64,000 nt of DNA from Spirochaetia bacterium (lineage in GTDB: Bacteria > Spirochaetota > Spirochaetia > SZUA-6 > Bin103): positions 4,032,001 through 4,096,000 of the forward strand of contig OZ241907.1 of the NCBI GenBank assembly GCA_965203515.1, read 5' to 3'. This document shows positions 29,626 to 40,365 of the stretch, one piece after another; position 1 is the stretch's first letter, and every line of letters begins with the position of its first letter. Made by a program: the position numbers and the translations under genes. The notes below the pieces were generated by a model. It was not told the DNA's origin. It saw nothing but the letters and a program-made list of their open reading frames with translations, and made no database searches.

Positions 29626-31641
29626 GTGTCGATCGCGCTCGCCGCCGCGCCGGCGCCGGCGGCGGACGCCGCCGCGGTCCTGCGCCACGGCGCTTCGGTC
29701 AGCGCGCGCAACGCGCTGATCGTCGAGGTGCGGGTAGCGCTGTCGGGCGCGGCGCGGGTGTACGTCGAGTACGACCACCCGCAAGCCGGGCGCTACCGCA
29801 CGCCGCTGAGCGGGCGGGGCGCGGCGCACGTCATCCCGCTCGTCAGGCTGCGCCCGGAGACGACCTACGACTACACCATCTTCGTCGTGGACGGCTCGGC
29901 AGCGGACGGCTCGGCAATGGACGGCGCCGCGGCGGAGGGCGCCGCCGGGCCGGGCGGCCGGTTCACCACCGGACCGCTGCCGCGGCGCCTCGCCGCGATA
30001 TCGATGCAGGCGCGCGGCAGAAGCTCGCAGCCGCTCATCCTGTCCGGTTACCTGCGCGGCGACGGACGCGCGTACCTCCTGTTCCGGGATGAGGTGGGGG
30101 CGCCGGTCTGGTACTACGATGCGTCCGGCGCGTCCGCTGTCCGGGCGTTGCAGGTCGGCGCCATCGCTCAGTTGCCCGGCGGCGCCTTGCTCTTCACGGA
30201 CCCGCGGAGGGGTCTGATCGAGATCACCCCCTTGGGAGACGTGGTCGACCGGTTGGAGCGCGGCGGAGCGGCAGGGATTCCGCACCATGAGGTCCTCGCG
30301 CTCGCCGATGGCCGCGTGCTCTACCTGAGCCGGGAATCGGTGGTCTTCGAAGAGGTCGAGTTCAGGGTCGACGACCTGCGCGTCTGGGACCGCGCGCGCG
30401 GACGGGTCGAGCAGGTCTGGGACGCCCGGGACTTCTGGGACATTCGCGACTTGACCCAACGCGCGGAGCAACTCGGCACGGTCAGGTGGACCCACCTCAA
30501 CTCGGTGAGCATCGGCCCGCGCGGCAACCTCATCATCTCGTCCCGCGTGCGCAATCAGGTGATCTCGCTCAGCGCCGACCTGCGGGCGATCGAATGGCAA
30601 CTGCACGGGCCGGACAGCGATTACCGGTTCCCGAACCCGAACGATCGGTTCTACGGGCCGCACACCGCGGCGCAGCTCGACGACGGCAACGTACTGCTGT
30701 TCGACAACGGCTGGGGGCGGCCCGACGCCGAGGGCGGCGCCTACTCGCGCGCGCTGGAGCTGCGGCTGGATGAGGCGGCCGGCACCGCGGTGAAGGTGTG
30801 GGAATACCGGCCGACGCCGGACATCTACTCGCCGGCCATGAGCAGCGCCTACCGGCTGAGCAACGGCAATACGCTGATCAACTTCGGCGTGCGAGCCACC
30901 ACCCGGGTGAGCGACTCCCTGCCGCTGACCGTGGTCGAGGTGGACGCGGCCGGCAACGAAGTGTTCCGGGTCGATACCCGGCAACGGTACGTGCCGCGGC
31001 CCAATTTCCCGCGGCGGTACCGGGCCTACGGCGGCATCGGGTCGATCATGGGCGAGACCATGGTGCGCCCGCCGGCGGCGGCGCCCGAGCCGTTCGACGA
31101 CGATCACTACCTGGCGCAGGAGCTGGCCGGGTTCCGCGAACTGGGGGCCGCCCTGGCCGGCCGGCGGCGTGCCGCCGGCGGGGTGTTCGACCTGTATCTG
31201 GCCGGGGACCGGCTGGTGTACGCGAAGGAGCCCTGCGGCCGGGCGGATGTCCGGGAGCGCTTCTTCCTGCACGTCTTCCCGGCCGCCGCGGACGAGCTGG
31301 CCGCCGATGGCGATCCGGCCTCCGGCAGCGATCCTGTCTCCGACAGCGATCCGGCCTCCGGCATCCGGGAGCGGGGATTCGACACCCTCGACTTCGAGTT
31401 CTGGTGGCAGGGAGTGCTCTGGGAAGGCGTCTGTCTCGCAGCCGTGACGCTGCCGGACTACGCCATCGCCCGCCTCAGAACCGGCCAGCTCGTCAGAGAC
31501 ACGGGGCGCGAGCTCTGGGCCGCGGAGATCGAGGCGCCGGCGGCGGAGCCGGGCCGTGAGGCCGGGCGGAGCGGAGCCGTGAGGCCGGCGGTGAGCCGCG
31601 CGGCGCCCGGCCGGCGCGAGCGCGCGCCGTTGCGCGCCTGA
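29626..31641 (+). CDS. ASST-like protein (copy 4; start uncertain)
   Basis: PHHE, WTHLNS, SSR, FYGPHTA, LLFDNG and the C-terminal module. Confidence 0.8.
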   Translation: MSIALAAAPAPAADAAAVLRHGASVSARNALIVEVRVALSGAARVYVEYDHPQAGRYRTPLSGRGAAHVIPLVRLRPETTYDYTIFVVDGSAADGSAMDGAAAEGAAGPGGRFTTGPLPRRLAAISMQARGRSSQPLILSGYLRGDGRAYLLFRDEVGAPVWYYDASGASAVRALQVGAIAQLPGGALLFTDPRRGLIEITPLGDVVDRLERGGAAGIPHHEVLALADGRVLYLSRESVVFEEVEFRVDDLRVWDRARGRVEQVWDARDFWDIRDLTQRAEQLGTVRWTHLNSVSIGPRGNLIISSRVRNQVISLSADLRAIEWQLHGPDSDYRFPNPNDRFYGPHTAAQLDDGNVLLFDNGWGRPDAEGGAYSRALELRLDEAAGTAVKVWEYRPTPDIYSPAMSSAYRLSNGNTLINFGVRATTRVSDSLPLTVVEVDAAGNEVFRVDTRQRYVPRPNFPRRYRAYGGIGSIMGETMVRPPAAAPEPFDDDHYLAQELAGFRELGAALAGRRRAAGGVFDLYLAGDRLVYAKEPCGRADVRERFFLHVFPAAADELAADGDPASGSDPVSDSDPASGIRERGFDTLDFEFWWQGVLWEGVCLAAVTLPDYAIARLRTGQLVRDTGRELWAAEIEAPAAEPGREAGRSGAVRPAVSRAAPGRRERAPLRA

Positions 31642-31645
31642 CGCC

Positions 31646-34027
31646 GTGGTGACGGCGGCGCATCCGTGCGCCGCGCACCGGCTGCCCTGGCGTGACGCGC
31701 TCATCGCGCTGATCGCGTTCGCGGCGCTGGGCGCCGCCCTCCTCGACGACTACGGCGCGGCGTCGGACGAGGCCGCGCAGCGCAGCACCGGCCGGGCGGT
31801 GATCGCCTACGCGCTAGGTGACGGCGCCCTGCCGGACCGCCATGACCGGTACTACGGCGCCGCGTTCGAAGCGCCGCTGATCCTGGTCGAGCGGCTGCTC
31901 GGCCTCACCGACAGCCGCGCCATCCACCTCAGCCGCCACCTGCTGACCCATCTGTTCTTCCTCACCGGCGGCTTCTTCTGTTGGCTGCTCGCCTTCCGCC
32001 TGTTCCGCGACCGCCGCCTGGCGCTGTTCGCCCTGCTGCTGTTCCTGCTGCAGCCCCGCCTGTACGCCCACTCCTTCTTCAACACCAAGGACATCCCGTT
32101 CCTGGTCATGTTCATGATCGCCCTCTACCTGACGCAGCGCGCCTTCCGCCGCGACACCGTCGGCGCGTTCGCGCTCTGCGGGCTGGGCGTGGGCGTGCTG
32201 GTCAACCTGCGGATCATGGGCCTGCTGCTGTGCGCCGCGGTGCCGGCGCTGCGGGCGCTCGATCTGCTGCAGGCGGGCGGGCCGGCGGAGCGGCGGCGGG
32301 CGCTGGCGACTACCGGCGCGTTCCTGCTGGCCGCGGCGGCGACCCTGTACGCGGTCTCCCCCTATCTCTGGCGCAACCCGCTGGAGCTGATCGACGCCAT
32401 CGTCACGCTGGCGCGCCACCCGATCCGCATTGCGACGCTGTTTCAGGGCGAGGTGGTGCGCGCGCCGGAGATTCCGCCGCACTACCTGCCGACCTGGATG
32501 GCGATAACCACGCCGCCGGCGGCGCTGCTGCTGAGCCTGACCGGGATCGTTGCCGTACTCGGACGCGGTCTGACGCGCCCGCGCGCCGCCCTCGGCAACA
32601 CGCCCGTCACCCGCTTCGGGGCGCTGCTGGCCGCCTGTCTGGCGCTGCCGGTGGCGGCCGTCATCGCGGTCAACTCCAACCTCTACAACGGCTGGCGGCA
32701 GATGTACTTCCTGGCCGCTCCGTCGTGCCTGCTGGCGGTCTACGGCCTGCGCCGGCTGCTGGCCGCGGCGCCGCGGCGCTGGCTCCGGCAGGGAATCTAC
32801 GCGCTGGCCGCGGCGGCGCTGGCCGGCATGGCGGTCGACCTCGCGCGCCTGCATCCCTATCAGCAGGCCTACTTCAACTTCCTGGTCGACCGCCGCACGC
32901 CGGAGCGCTTGAGCGACCGCTATCAGGTGATGTATTGGGGGACCGAGTATCGCGAAGGGCTGGAGTTTCTGCTCCGGCATGATCCGCGCGCGACGATCCA
33001 CGTCGTGGCGGCGAACGGCTGGGGCCTGCAACTCGCCCGCGCCAATCTGCGCATACTCCCCGCCGCCGAGCGGCGCAGAATCGTCCTCACCGACGGGGTG
33101 CCCGAGGCAGCGAACCGGTACTACGTCATCACCAGCGATTCGGTGGCCGATCAGCGCCGCAGATTTCCGTTTTCGCCGGTGCTATACGAGCGCCGCATCT
33201 ACCACGACGTCATCTTCACGGTGACCGGACTCGACCCGTCGCTGGCCGACGATACGACCGCGGCGGCATTCCCGGCCGCCAGCTCGGACTTCGACCTGTA
33301 TCTCGACGGCGCCACGCTCACCTACGTCAAGGACGGGTGCGCGCCGGAGGACGCGCGGGAAAAGTTCTTCCTGCACCTCTTCCCGGCGGACCACGCCGAC
33401 CTGCCCGCCCACCAGCGGGAACAGGGGTTCGGCAACTTCGACTTCTACTTCTGGGAGGGCGGCGTGCGGCGCGGCGGGACCTGCCTGGCGGCCGTGGCAC
33501 TGCCCGACTACGAGCTCACCGGCATCCGCACCGGGCAATTCGTTCGGCACAGCGGGCGGCAGCTCTGGAGCGTGGAGTTCGCGGCCGGGCCGACCGCGCA
33601 GCGCTATCGGCAGGCGCACGCGGCGATCCGTTCCGGCGCCTGGGGAGCGCCGGTCGCGCGCGCGGCCTTCGACCTCTATCTCGACGGCCGGGCGCTGGCG
33701 TACCACAAGGAGCCGTGCGCGGCGGAGGACCTGCGGGAGCGGTTCTTCCTGCACCTGATTCCGGCGGATGAGAAGGACCTTGCCGCGCAGGACCGGCCGC
33801 ACGGCTTCGAGAACCGGGGCTTCGATTACCGGGAATACGGAGCGCTGCTCGGCGAAGCATGCGTGGCGCTGGCGCCGTTGCCGGAGTACGCGGTCACCGG
33901 CCTCCGCACCGGCCAGTTCATCAGCGGGCAGGGCCAGCTCTGGAGCGTCGAGGTCCCGGTGCCGGCCGGCGCGGAGCCGAACCGGCGGTCAGCCGCCGCC
34001 CGCCGGGACGTGAACGGGCGGCCATGA
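31646..34027 (+). CDS. GT-C membrane glycosyltransferase (copy 5)
   Basis: PWRDALIALIAF, DDYGAASDE, FFNTKDIPF and two C-terminal modules. Confidence 0.8.
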   Translation: MVTAAHPCAAHRLPWRDALIALIAFAALGAALLDDYGAASDEAAQRSTGRAVIAYALGDGALPDRHDRYYGAAFEAPLILVERLLGLTDSRAIHLSRHLLTHLFFLTGGFFCWLLAFRLFRDRRLALFALLLFLLQPRLYAHSFFNTKDIPFLVMFMIALYLTQRAFRRDTVGAFALCGLGVGVLVNLRIMGLLLCAAVPALRALDLLQAGGPAERRRALATTGAFLLAAAATLYAVSPYLWRNPLELIDAIVTLARHPIRIATLFQGEVVRAPEIPPHYLPTWMAITTPPAALLLSLTGIVAVLGRGLTRPRAALGNTPVTRFGALLAACLALPVAAVIAVNSNLYNGWRQMYFLAAPSCLLAVYGLRRLLAAAPRRWLRQGIYALAAAALAGMAVDLARLHPYQQAYFNFLVDRRTPERLSDRYQVMYWGTEYREGLEFLLRHDPRATIHVVAANGWGLQLARANLRILPAAERRRIVLTDGVPEAANRYYVITSDSVADQRRRFPFSPVLYERRIYHDVIFTVTGLDPSLADDTTAAAFPAASSDFDLYLDGATLTYVKDGCAPEDAREKFFLHLFPADHADLPAHQREQGFGNFDFYFWEGGVRRGGTCLAAVALPDYELTGIRTGQFVRHSGRQLWSVEFAAGPTAQRYRQAHAAIRSGAWGAPVARAAFDLYLDGRALAYHKEPCAAEDLRERFFLHLIPADEKDLAAQDRPHGFENRGFDYREYGALLGEACVALAPLPEYAVTGLRTGQFISGQGQLWSVEVPVPAGAEPNRRSAAARRDVNGRP

Positions 34028-36145
34028 GGCCCACCGGCCGCACCGGTTGCCGCTCCCGCAGGCCCGCACCCGATAGAAGTAGGTGCCGGGGGGCATGCCC
34101 GACAGCGGGAGCCAGGTGCCGTCGACGACCGCGGTCCGCTGCGCGCCGCCCACCCGCTCCTGCACCTCGAATTTCCCCCGATAGCCGGGCGGATCGCGCC
34201 ACGTCAACGTGTAGCTCCCGGGTCCGTGACGGCGAACCCTCAACTGCCGCGGCGCGCCGTAGGGATCGACCTGCGGGGCGGTGAACCGGTCGCGGTGGGG
34301 GGCCAGCTCCAGCGACTGCCGGAAGAAGCGCTCGGCCTTGGCGCGGTACTCCGGTTCGGTGGAGGCCGCGGCGCGGTACATCAAGGCCAGCGCCTGTTGG
34401 ATCAGCCAGTTCTCCGGCTCGGCGGCGACCGCGGCCGACGCTTCGACGTCGGCCCGCGTCAGGATCTCCTGCGCCGCCGCGGGGTCGCGGGCATGCAGCT
34501 CCTGCCAGTGGTTCGCCAGGCTCAGAAACCAGAGCCGCCGCGGCAGGTTCGCCAGCGGCGGGAAGGCGGCGATGGCGCGCTCCACCGCGGCCGGGTAGTG
34601 CTCGGCGGCATAGCTGTCCTTGAGCGCGACCGCGGCCGAGTAGATGGCGCGGTTGGCTGCCAGGCCGACGCCCGCCAACGCCAACACGCCCAACGCGAGC
34701 GCAGCGCGCGTCCCGGCGCCCGCATGACGCCGCCAGGGCCGCCGGCGCCCGTTGCCTGCGGGGACCGGCGGGCCGGCGGGCCGGCGGGCGGCCCGCTGCC
34801 GAATCTCCAGGTGGATGACGAAGCCGAACAGCAGCGCGTACTGCAGGGACGAGGCGCTGTGGTCGAACAGCGTCTGGATCTGCGCGCCGGCGCCGACCAG
34901 CGCCGCGCCGGTGAACAGTACCAGCGCCTGCTCCCCCGGGTCCGCGCGCCGGCCGGCGCGCGCGATGACGGCCAGCGCCGCCGCCCACACCGCCAGATAG
35001 GTCGCCAGGCCGGCCAGGCCCTTGGTCGCCGCCTCCTCCACGATCTTGCTGTGCGCGTACCCGACGTACGCAATGGTCGAATCGCCGGCCGCGGCGGCGT
35101 ACCGGCCCAACACCACCACGAAGTTGTCGGGCCCCCAACCCAGCAGCGGCCGCGCCGCGAAGCCTGCGAGACCCGCCTGCCAGGCAGCCAGACGGCCTTG
35201 CAGCGTCCCGGTCGAGAAGCTGAGGCGGTCGATCCGTTGCAGCAACGGGTTGAGGGAGGAGTCGATGGCGGGTTCCGGCAGGCCGCCGGCGGCGAGGAGC
35301 GGCAGTGCCAAGCCCGCCGCCGCGGCGGCGGCCAGCGCCGCGGCGACCGCGCCCGCGATCCGCGCGGCCCGGGCGCGCGCCAGCAACAGGTACGCCGCGC
35401 CGAGGAACCCGCCGGCGGCGATGAGTCCCGCCAGCGCGCCGAGCGAGCCGGCCAGGGTGAACGCCCACAGGTGGAGGGCGGCCGCCGCGCCCCACCGGAG
35501 CCGGCCCCACCTGAACCGGGCGCCGCCGCCGGCGGCCGCCAACGACCGCGCCAGGAACCCGCCGGCGACCACCGCGTTTACCAGCATGTAGGCGCCGAGA
35601 TAGAGGGGGTTGCCGAACACGGTGGCGATTCGCGGGTAGCGGTACTCCGGCAGGGAGCCGAAGAACGGCAGGTCCACCGCCAATGAACTGGCCGCCGCCA
35701 GCAGGGCGATCGCCGAGCCCACGCCGAGGTTGACGTTCAACAGCGCGCGCCACTCCCGCGCGGTGCGGAAGGTGGCGGCGATGACGACCGTGAACGCGAA
35801 CCAGTGCGCCGCGTCGACGACGCCCTGCATCGATTCGTAATCGGACCACAGGCTGCGCCGGGGGCTGACGCCCAGCACCGCCGCGGCCAGCGCTGCCGCA
35901 AGGGCCGCGGCGAGCGCCAGCAGGAGCCGCGACCGCCGCGGCGGCGCGTAGGCGGGGCGCAGGGCCGCCAGCATCGCGTACAGGCCGACGACCACTGCGA
36001 TGGCGGCCCGCGAATAGAGCGCCTTGCCGACGACGAACGGGTAGACGGTCGCCGGCGTGACGATCAGAGGCGTCAGCAGCACCAGCGCCGCGCCCGCGCG
36101 AATGGCGCGGACCAGGGCGCGTTCCAGGCGGCGCGGGTTCGGCAT
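33989..36145 (-). CDS. O-antigen ligase / O-oligosaccharyltransferase-like (Wzy_C) membrane protein with TPR-like and FN3 C-terminus
   Basis: YPFVVGKA, SLW.DYESMQG, ATVFGNPLYLGAY, GRLAAW..RPLLGWGPDNF, AHS, terminal LTW..YFYRVRAC. Confidence 0.8.
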   Translation of the reverse strand: MPNPRRLERALVRAIRAGAALVLLTPLIVTPATVYPFVVGKALYSRAAIAVVVGLYAMLAALRPAYAPPRRSRLLLALAAALAAALAAAVLGVSPRRSLWSDYESMQGVVDAAHWFAFTVVIAATFRTAREWRALLNVNLGVGSAIALLAAASSLAVDLPFFGSLPEYRYPRIATVFGNPLYLGAYMLVNAVVAGGFLARSLAAAGGGARFRWGRLRWGAAAALHLWAFTLAGSLGALAGLIAAGGFLGAAYLLLARARAARIAGAVAAALAAAAAAGLALPLLAAGGLPEPAIDSSLNPLLQRIDRLSFSTGTLQGRLAAWQAGLAGFAARPLLGWGPDNFVVVLGRYAAAAGDSTIAYVGYAHSKIVEEAATKGLAGLATYLAVWAAALAVIARAGRRADPGEQALVLFTGAALVGAGAQIQTLFDHSASSLQYALLFGFVIHLEIRQRAARRPAGPPVPAGNGRRRPWRRHAGAGTRAALALGVLALAGVGLAANRAIYSAAVALKDSYAAEHYPAAVERAIAAFPPLANLPRRLWFLSLANHWQELHARDPAAAQEILTRADVEASAAVAAEPENWLIQQALALMYRAAASTEPEYRAKAERFFRQSLELAPHRDRFTAPQVDPYGAPRQLRVRRHGPGSYTLTWRDPPGYRGKFEVQERVGGAQRTAVVDGTWLPLSGMPPGTYFYRVRACGSGNRCGRWASWPPVHVPAGGG

Positions 36146-36216
36146 CAGGCAGGCTTGGGCTTGGCCTTGGCCGACCCCTCCCGGAACCCGCTCACCTCGC
36201 TGGCGGGGCGAGGCTC

Positions 36217-37562
36217 CTAATCGTCATCGACGATGGTGATGGTCGCGGTGCACTTCGCGCACCTCCAGACGCTCGGCGGCGTGACCGTCACCGTGAACGT
36301 CTCGTTCGGCTCGTCGTCAAGGTCGCCCCTCGCGACGAAATGCAGGGTCTCCGAAGCAGAGCCGCGGTTGAAGTACAGTTGCCCGCTGCCACGTCCGAGA
36401 TTATAATCAACACCCGCCGTCGCCGTGCCGGCCGACGACTTCCATCCTACGAGCGCCCCCTCGGGGGTGGGCCGACTCAACCTCACCCGGAGAAACTGCG
36501 TGTCTCCGGACGGTACCCACGTGGGCGCCGTATACCCGGCGGAGTAGATCAGATAGCCGCGGTTGCCTCGGTAACGCTTTGATCGGCGATCGATATGGTG
36601 ATCGCCGTGTAACCACCGCCCGCCGGCGGCGGCGTTACCGGCGGCGGGTCACCACCGCCCGGCTGCGGGCCGGGATCGTCGGTCGTGGTGAACGACCACA
36701 CGGTACCTTGGGTGGTGCCGTGCTCGTTCTTCGCGTCGACCCGCCAGTAGTAGGTCGTGGCGCTTGCCAGCCTCCGGTCGGCAGCGGTCGTGCCCGGCCT
36801 CCGTATGGTCCAGGCGGTGTAACGAGTGCGGACCGGCGTACCCAGGGCAGCGTCCGCGCCGAGGCTCTTCCCGGTCCCCCAGTAGAGGTCGTAGCTGGCC
36901 GTCCGCGCGCCCGCGGTCCAGCGCAGCTCCGGCGCGTCGACCGTCACCCCGGTCGCCCCGTCGCGGGGATTCGGGTTGCCGGCCGCTTCCGGCGCCTGCG
37001 ACGAGTCCTCCACCGCCACGGTCCGGCCGGCGGGAATGGTCGGCGGCACGTCGTCCGGCAGGTCATCGACGTCGAAGCCGTCCGGCAAGTCGGATACTTC
37101 CGCAATGCACGCGTCGTTGGTATCGACCACGCAGGAGGTGCCGTCGGCGCGGCGGCTGATGATGTACAGGCGAGTGCCGGCGGGATAGCGAATCACGATC
37201 AGGGAGTACTCGGACTGATGAGATGACGCCGCACGCCCGGCCGGGTCGAACGCGCCGGCTACGGACCGGTTCGCCGGCGCCGCGCACGTGACCGGCGCCG
37301 TGGCCCCGCCCAGGTGCAACGTGTCGGATACGATCGCGCCGTGGATTCCGGCGCCGCGGTCAAGCAGACGGATCGCCGAGTCCGTGCACGTGATCGCCGC
37401 TGCCGGTTCGGCCGCCGGCGGACTCGCAGGTTGGGCAGGAGGATTGGCCGGCCTTGCGCCGCTGGGCGACGCCTGCTGGCAACCGGCCAACGTGGTGAGC
37501 AGCAGTATGCCGACAACCGCCAATACGATAAGGGGAAGAAGGTAGCGCATCTCCTTGACCAT
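36217..37562 (-). pseudogene. Inverted paralog of the 26396 lipoprotein with a 1-nt frameshift at the start of the Calx-beta domain
   Basis: accgaggcaac here versus accgaaggcaac in copy 1 (~36568); restoring one A joins ORFs 36549-37562 and 36217-36486. Confidence 0.75.
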
Positions 37563-37692
37563 GAAGACTTCAACCTAAAGACCGCTCCCTCGGCTTGTCA
37601 ACCACCAGCGTGACGACTGACGACCGGCCTGACCGCCCCCTCTGCCTCCCGCTGCAATGCCACGGTTGACCGAGCCGGCCGCCGGTACGCGG

Positions 37693-37721
37693 TTGCGCGA
37701 CCGGCGCGGCCCGCGTACCTT
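37693..37721 (+). promoter_or_regulatory. Candidate leaderless promoter TTGCGC-N17-TACCTT, 6 nt before ATG
   Basis: Conserved before the second Uma2 gene as TTGCGC-N17-TACCCT; overlapped by the inverted repeat GGTACGC...GCGTACC. Confidence 0.55.
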
Positions 37722-37727
37722 GGCGCC

Positions 37728-38699
37728 ATGGCCGTCACCAGGAACCCCGTCCGGCCGCCCCGCCCCGACACGGCTGCCGCGCCGCCGGCGCCCGAGTTCC
37801 CCGGCTGCACGCCGGTCCATCTGCCGGCAGACGAGCTCGAGCGCAGCGACCAGCGGTTGGAGTACTGGGACGGCGCTACCCAAACCGCCTGGATCTGCGA
37901 ACCGGCCAGCCCCTACCACGAACGACCGTCCGGCCGCCTGACCCGGCTCACCGAACGGATCGCGCAGGTGCGCGGCGCGTCGATCGAAAGCTACGGCTCG
38001 ATGGACCTGCGGCAGCACGACGGGCCGCGCAGCATCATGCAGGCCGACGAGTCGGTGTACCTGCATCCGGGCAGCGCCCGGCTGCCGGGGCCGTCGGCGA
38101 TGGTGATCGGCGTGGACGACTATCCCGACGTGGTGCTGGAGGTCGACCACACCACCGACGTGCGGCGCGGCAAGCTGGCGTTGTACGAGTCGTGGGGCTT
38201 CCCGGAGATATGGGTGGAGGTGCCGGACGAGAGCGCGCCGAGCCGCCCGCGGGGCCGGCGGCCGGGGCTGACGATCCACGTGCTGGAAGATGGCGCGTAC
38301 CGGGCGGCGCGGGAGAGCCGCGCGTTTCCGGGGTGGAAGGCGGAGGAGATACACTTAGCGTTGAACGAACCGGCGCTGTCGGCGCAGACCAGCGCGGTGC
38401 TGGAGCGGGTGGGGAGGGCGCTCGGCGAGCGGGAGGGCACCGGGCCGGATCACGATCCGCTGCTGCGGTCGCAGCGGCGCCGGGAGTTCGAGCGCGGCGG
38501 CCGGGCGGCGGAACGCGCGCTGCTGCGCCGGCAGGCGGCGCGGAAGTTCGACGACGACACCGCGCAACGGCTGGCAGTGCTCCTGGAGCAGACCGCCGAT
38601 GCCGCCCGCTTGGCGCAGGTCGGCGTCCTGATCCTCGAGTGCGCGACCGGAGCCGAGCTCCTCGACCGGGTAGCAGGCAACGCCGCGCGCCGGACGTGA
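37728..38699 (+). CDS. Uma2-family (DUF820) PD-(D/E)XK endonuclease with helical C-terminal tail
   Basis: RLEYWDG, HE, QADES.Y, PDVVLEVDHT, KLALY..WGFPEIW. Confidence 0.8.
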   Translation: MAVTRNPVRPPRPDTAAAPPAPEFPGCTPVHLPADELERSDQRLEYWDGATQTAWICEPASPYHERPSGRLTRLTERIAQVRGASIESYGSMDLRQHDGPRSIMQADESVYLHPGSARLPGPSAMVIGVDDYPDVVLEVDHTTDVRRGKLALYESWGFPEIWVEVPDESAPSRPRGRRPGLTIHVLEDGAYRAARESRAFPGWKAEEIHLALNEPALSAQTSAVLERVGRALGEREGTGPDHDPLLRSQRRREFERGGRAAERALLRRQAARKFDDDTAQRLAVLLEQTADAARLAQVGVLILECATGAELLDRVAGNAARRT

Positions 38700-40270
38700 C
38701 CGCGCCGCATCGAGACGCGCCCATGACGCGCCGGAAGCTGCCGATCGGCATCCAGACCTTCCGCAAGCTCCGCGAGGACGACTGCTACTACGTCGACAAG
38801 ACCGCCTTCATCCTCCGTCTGACCCAGGAGGGCACGCACTACTTCCTGTCGCGCCCGCGCCGCTTCGGCAAGAGCCTGCTGGTCGACACCATCAAGGAAC
38901 TGTTCGAGGGCAGCGAGGAGCTGTTCCGCGGCCTGCACGTGCACGACCATTGGGAATGGTCCAAGCGCCGCCCGGTGGTGCGCCTCGACTTCGGCGCCGG
39001 CGATTACCGCGAGCCGGCCCTGCTGGAAGCCAGCGTCATGGAGCAGCTCGCCGCCATTGAGCGGCGCGCGGGTATCGCCGCCGAGTACCGCACCGCGCCG
39101 GGCCGGCTGGCCTACCTGCTGGAAGCGCTGCACGAGCGATCCGGGCAGCGGGCGGCGGTGCTGGTCGACGAGTACGACAAGCCAATCCTGGACGTGCTGG
39201 AACACAAGGAGACGGCGCGCGCCAACCGCCGCTACCTGCGCGGGCTGTACGCGACCATCAAGACCTGCGACGCGCACGTCGAGTTCACGCTTCTGACCGG
39301 GGTGAGCAAGTTCTCCAAGGTCAGCGTCTTCTCCGGCCTCAACAATCTCAAGGACATCACGCTGTCGCCGCGCTACTCGGCGATCTGCGGCTATACCGAG
39401 GCCGACCTCGACACGGTGTTCGCGGCGGAGTTGCCGGGTCTGGACCGGGAGGAGATCCGCGACTGGTACAACGGCTATAACTGGCTGGGCGAGGAGCGGG
39501 TCTACAACCCGTTCGACATCCTGCTGCTGTTCGACGAGCGGACGTTCGCGGCGTACTGGTTCGAGACCGGTACGCCGTCGTTTCTGATCGACGCGCTGAT
39601 CGAGCGCGGCGTCGCCTCGCCGGAGCTGGACAGCATGCTGGCCGGCGGCGACCTGCTGTCCGCGTTCGACGTGGACGAGATGGAGCCTGAGGCACTGCTG
39701 TTCCAGACCGGTTATCTGACCATCCGCAGCGTCGAGCACTCGGCGCGCGGCCCGCGCTACCGGCTCGGCTATCCCAACCGCGAAGTGCGGCTCGCTCTGA
39801 ACGAACGCCTGCTGCGGGCGCTGGCGCCCGCCGCGGCGCGCCGGCTGACCCAGGACACGGCGTTGGAGCGGCTGCTGGCGGCGAACGACTTCGCCGGGCT
39901 GGAGCGGCTGTTCCGGGCGTTCTTCGCCGGCATCCCGTACGAGTGGCACACGCGCAACGACATCGCGCGCTACGAGGGCTACTACGCGAGCGTCTGCTAC
40001 TCCTGGTTCGCGGCGGTGGGGCTGGACGTCGCGGTGGAAGATTCGAGCAGCCGCGGGCGGGTCGATCTGGCGGTGCGGTACCGGGGCAACGTCTATCTGT
40101 TCGAGTTCAAGGTGGTGGAGCTGGCGCCCGAGGGCGCGGCGCTCACGCAGTTGCAGGCGCGCGGCTACGCGGAGAAGTACCGCGCGCTGGGCGAACCGAT
40201 CCACCTGCTCGGAGTGGAGTTCAGCCGCGAGGCACGCAACATCGCCGCCTTCGAAGTGGCCCGCGCCTGA
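38696..40270 (+). CDS. AAA-ATPase-like + PD-(D/E)XK nuclease protein (copy 5; GTG overlaps the Uma2 stop, in-frame ATG at 38723)
   Basis: Same motifs as copy 1. Confidence 0.9.
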   Translation: MTAPHRDAPMTRRKLPIGIQTFRKLREDDCYYVDKTAFILRLTQEGTHYFLSRPRRFGKSLLVDTIKELFEGSEELFRGLHVHDHWEWSKRRPVVRLDFGAGDYREPALLEASVMEQLAAIERRAGIAAEYRTAPGRLAYLLEALHERSGQRAAVLVDEYDKPILDVLEHKETARANRRYLRGLYATIKTCDAHVEFTLLTGVSKFSKVSVFSGLNNLKDITLSPRYSAICGYTEADLDTVFAAELPGLDREEIRDWYNGYNWLGEERVYNPFDILLLFDERTFAAYWFETGTPSFLIDALIERGVASPELDSMLAGGDLLSAFDVDEMEPEALLFQTGYLTIRSVEHSARGPRYRLGYPNREVRLALNERLLRALAPAAARRLTQDTALERLLAANDFAGLERLFRAFFAGIPYEWHTRNDIARYEGYYASVCYSWFAAVGLDVAVEDSSSRGRVDLAVRYRGNVYLFEFKVVELAPEGAALTQLQARGYAEKYRALGEPIHLLGVEFSREARNIAAFEVARA

Positions 40271-40365
40271 CGCCCCGCCCCCGCGCCGGCGTGCCGTTCG
40301 ACCGGCCCCCGCACCGGCGGTACGCAGTTGCGCGACCGGAGCGGCCCGCGTACCCTGGGCGCGCC

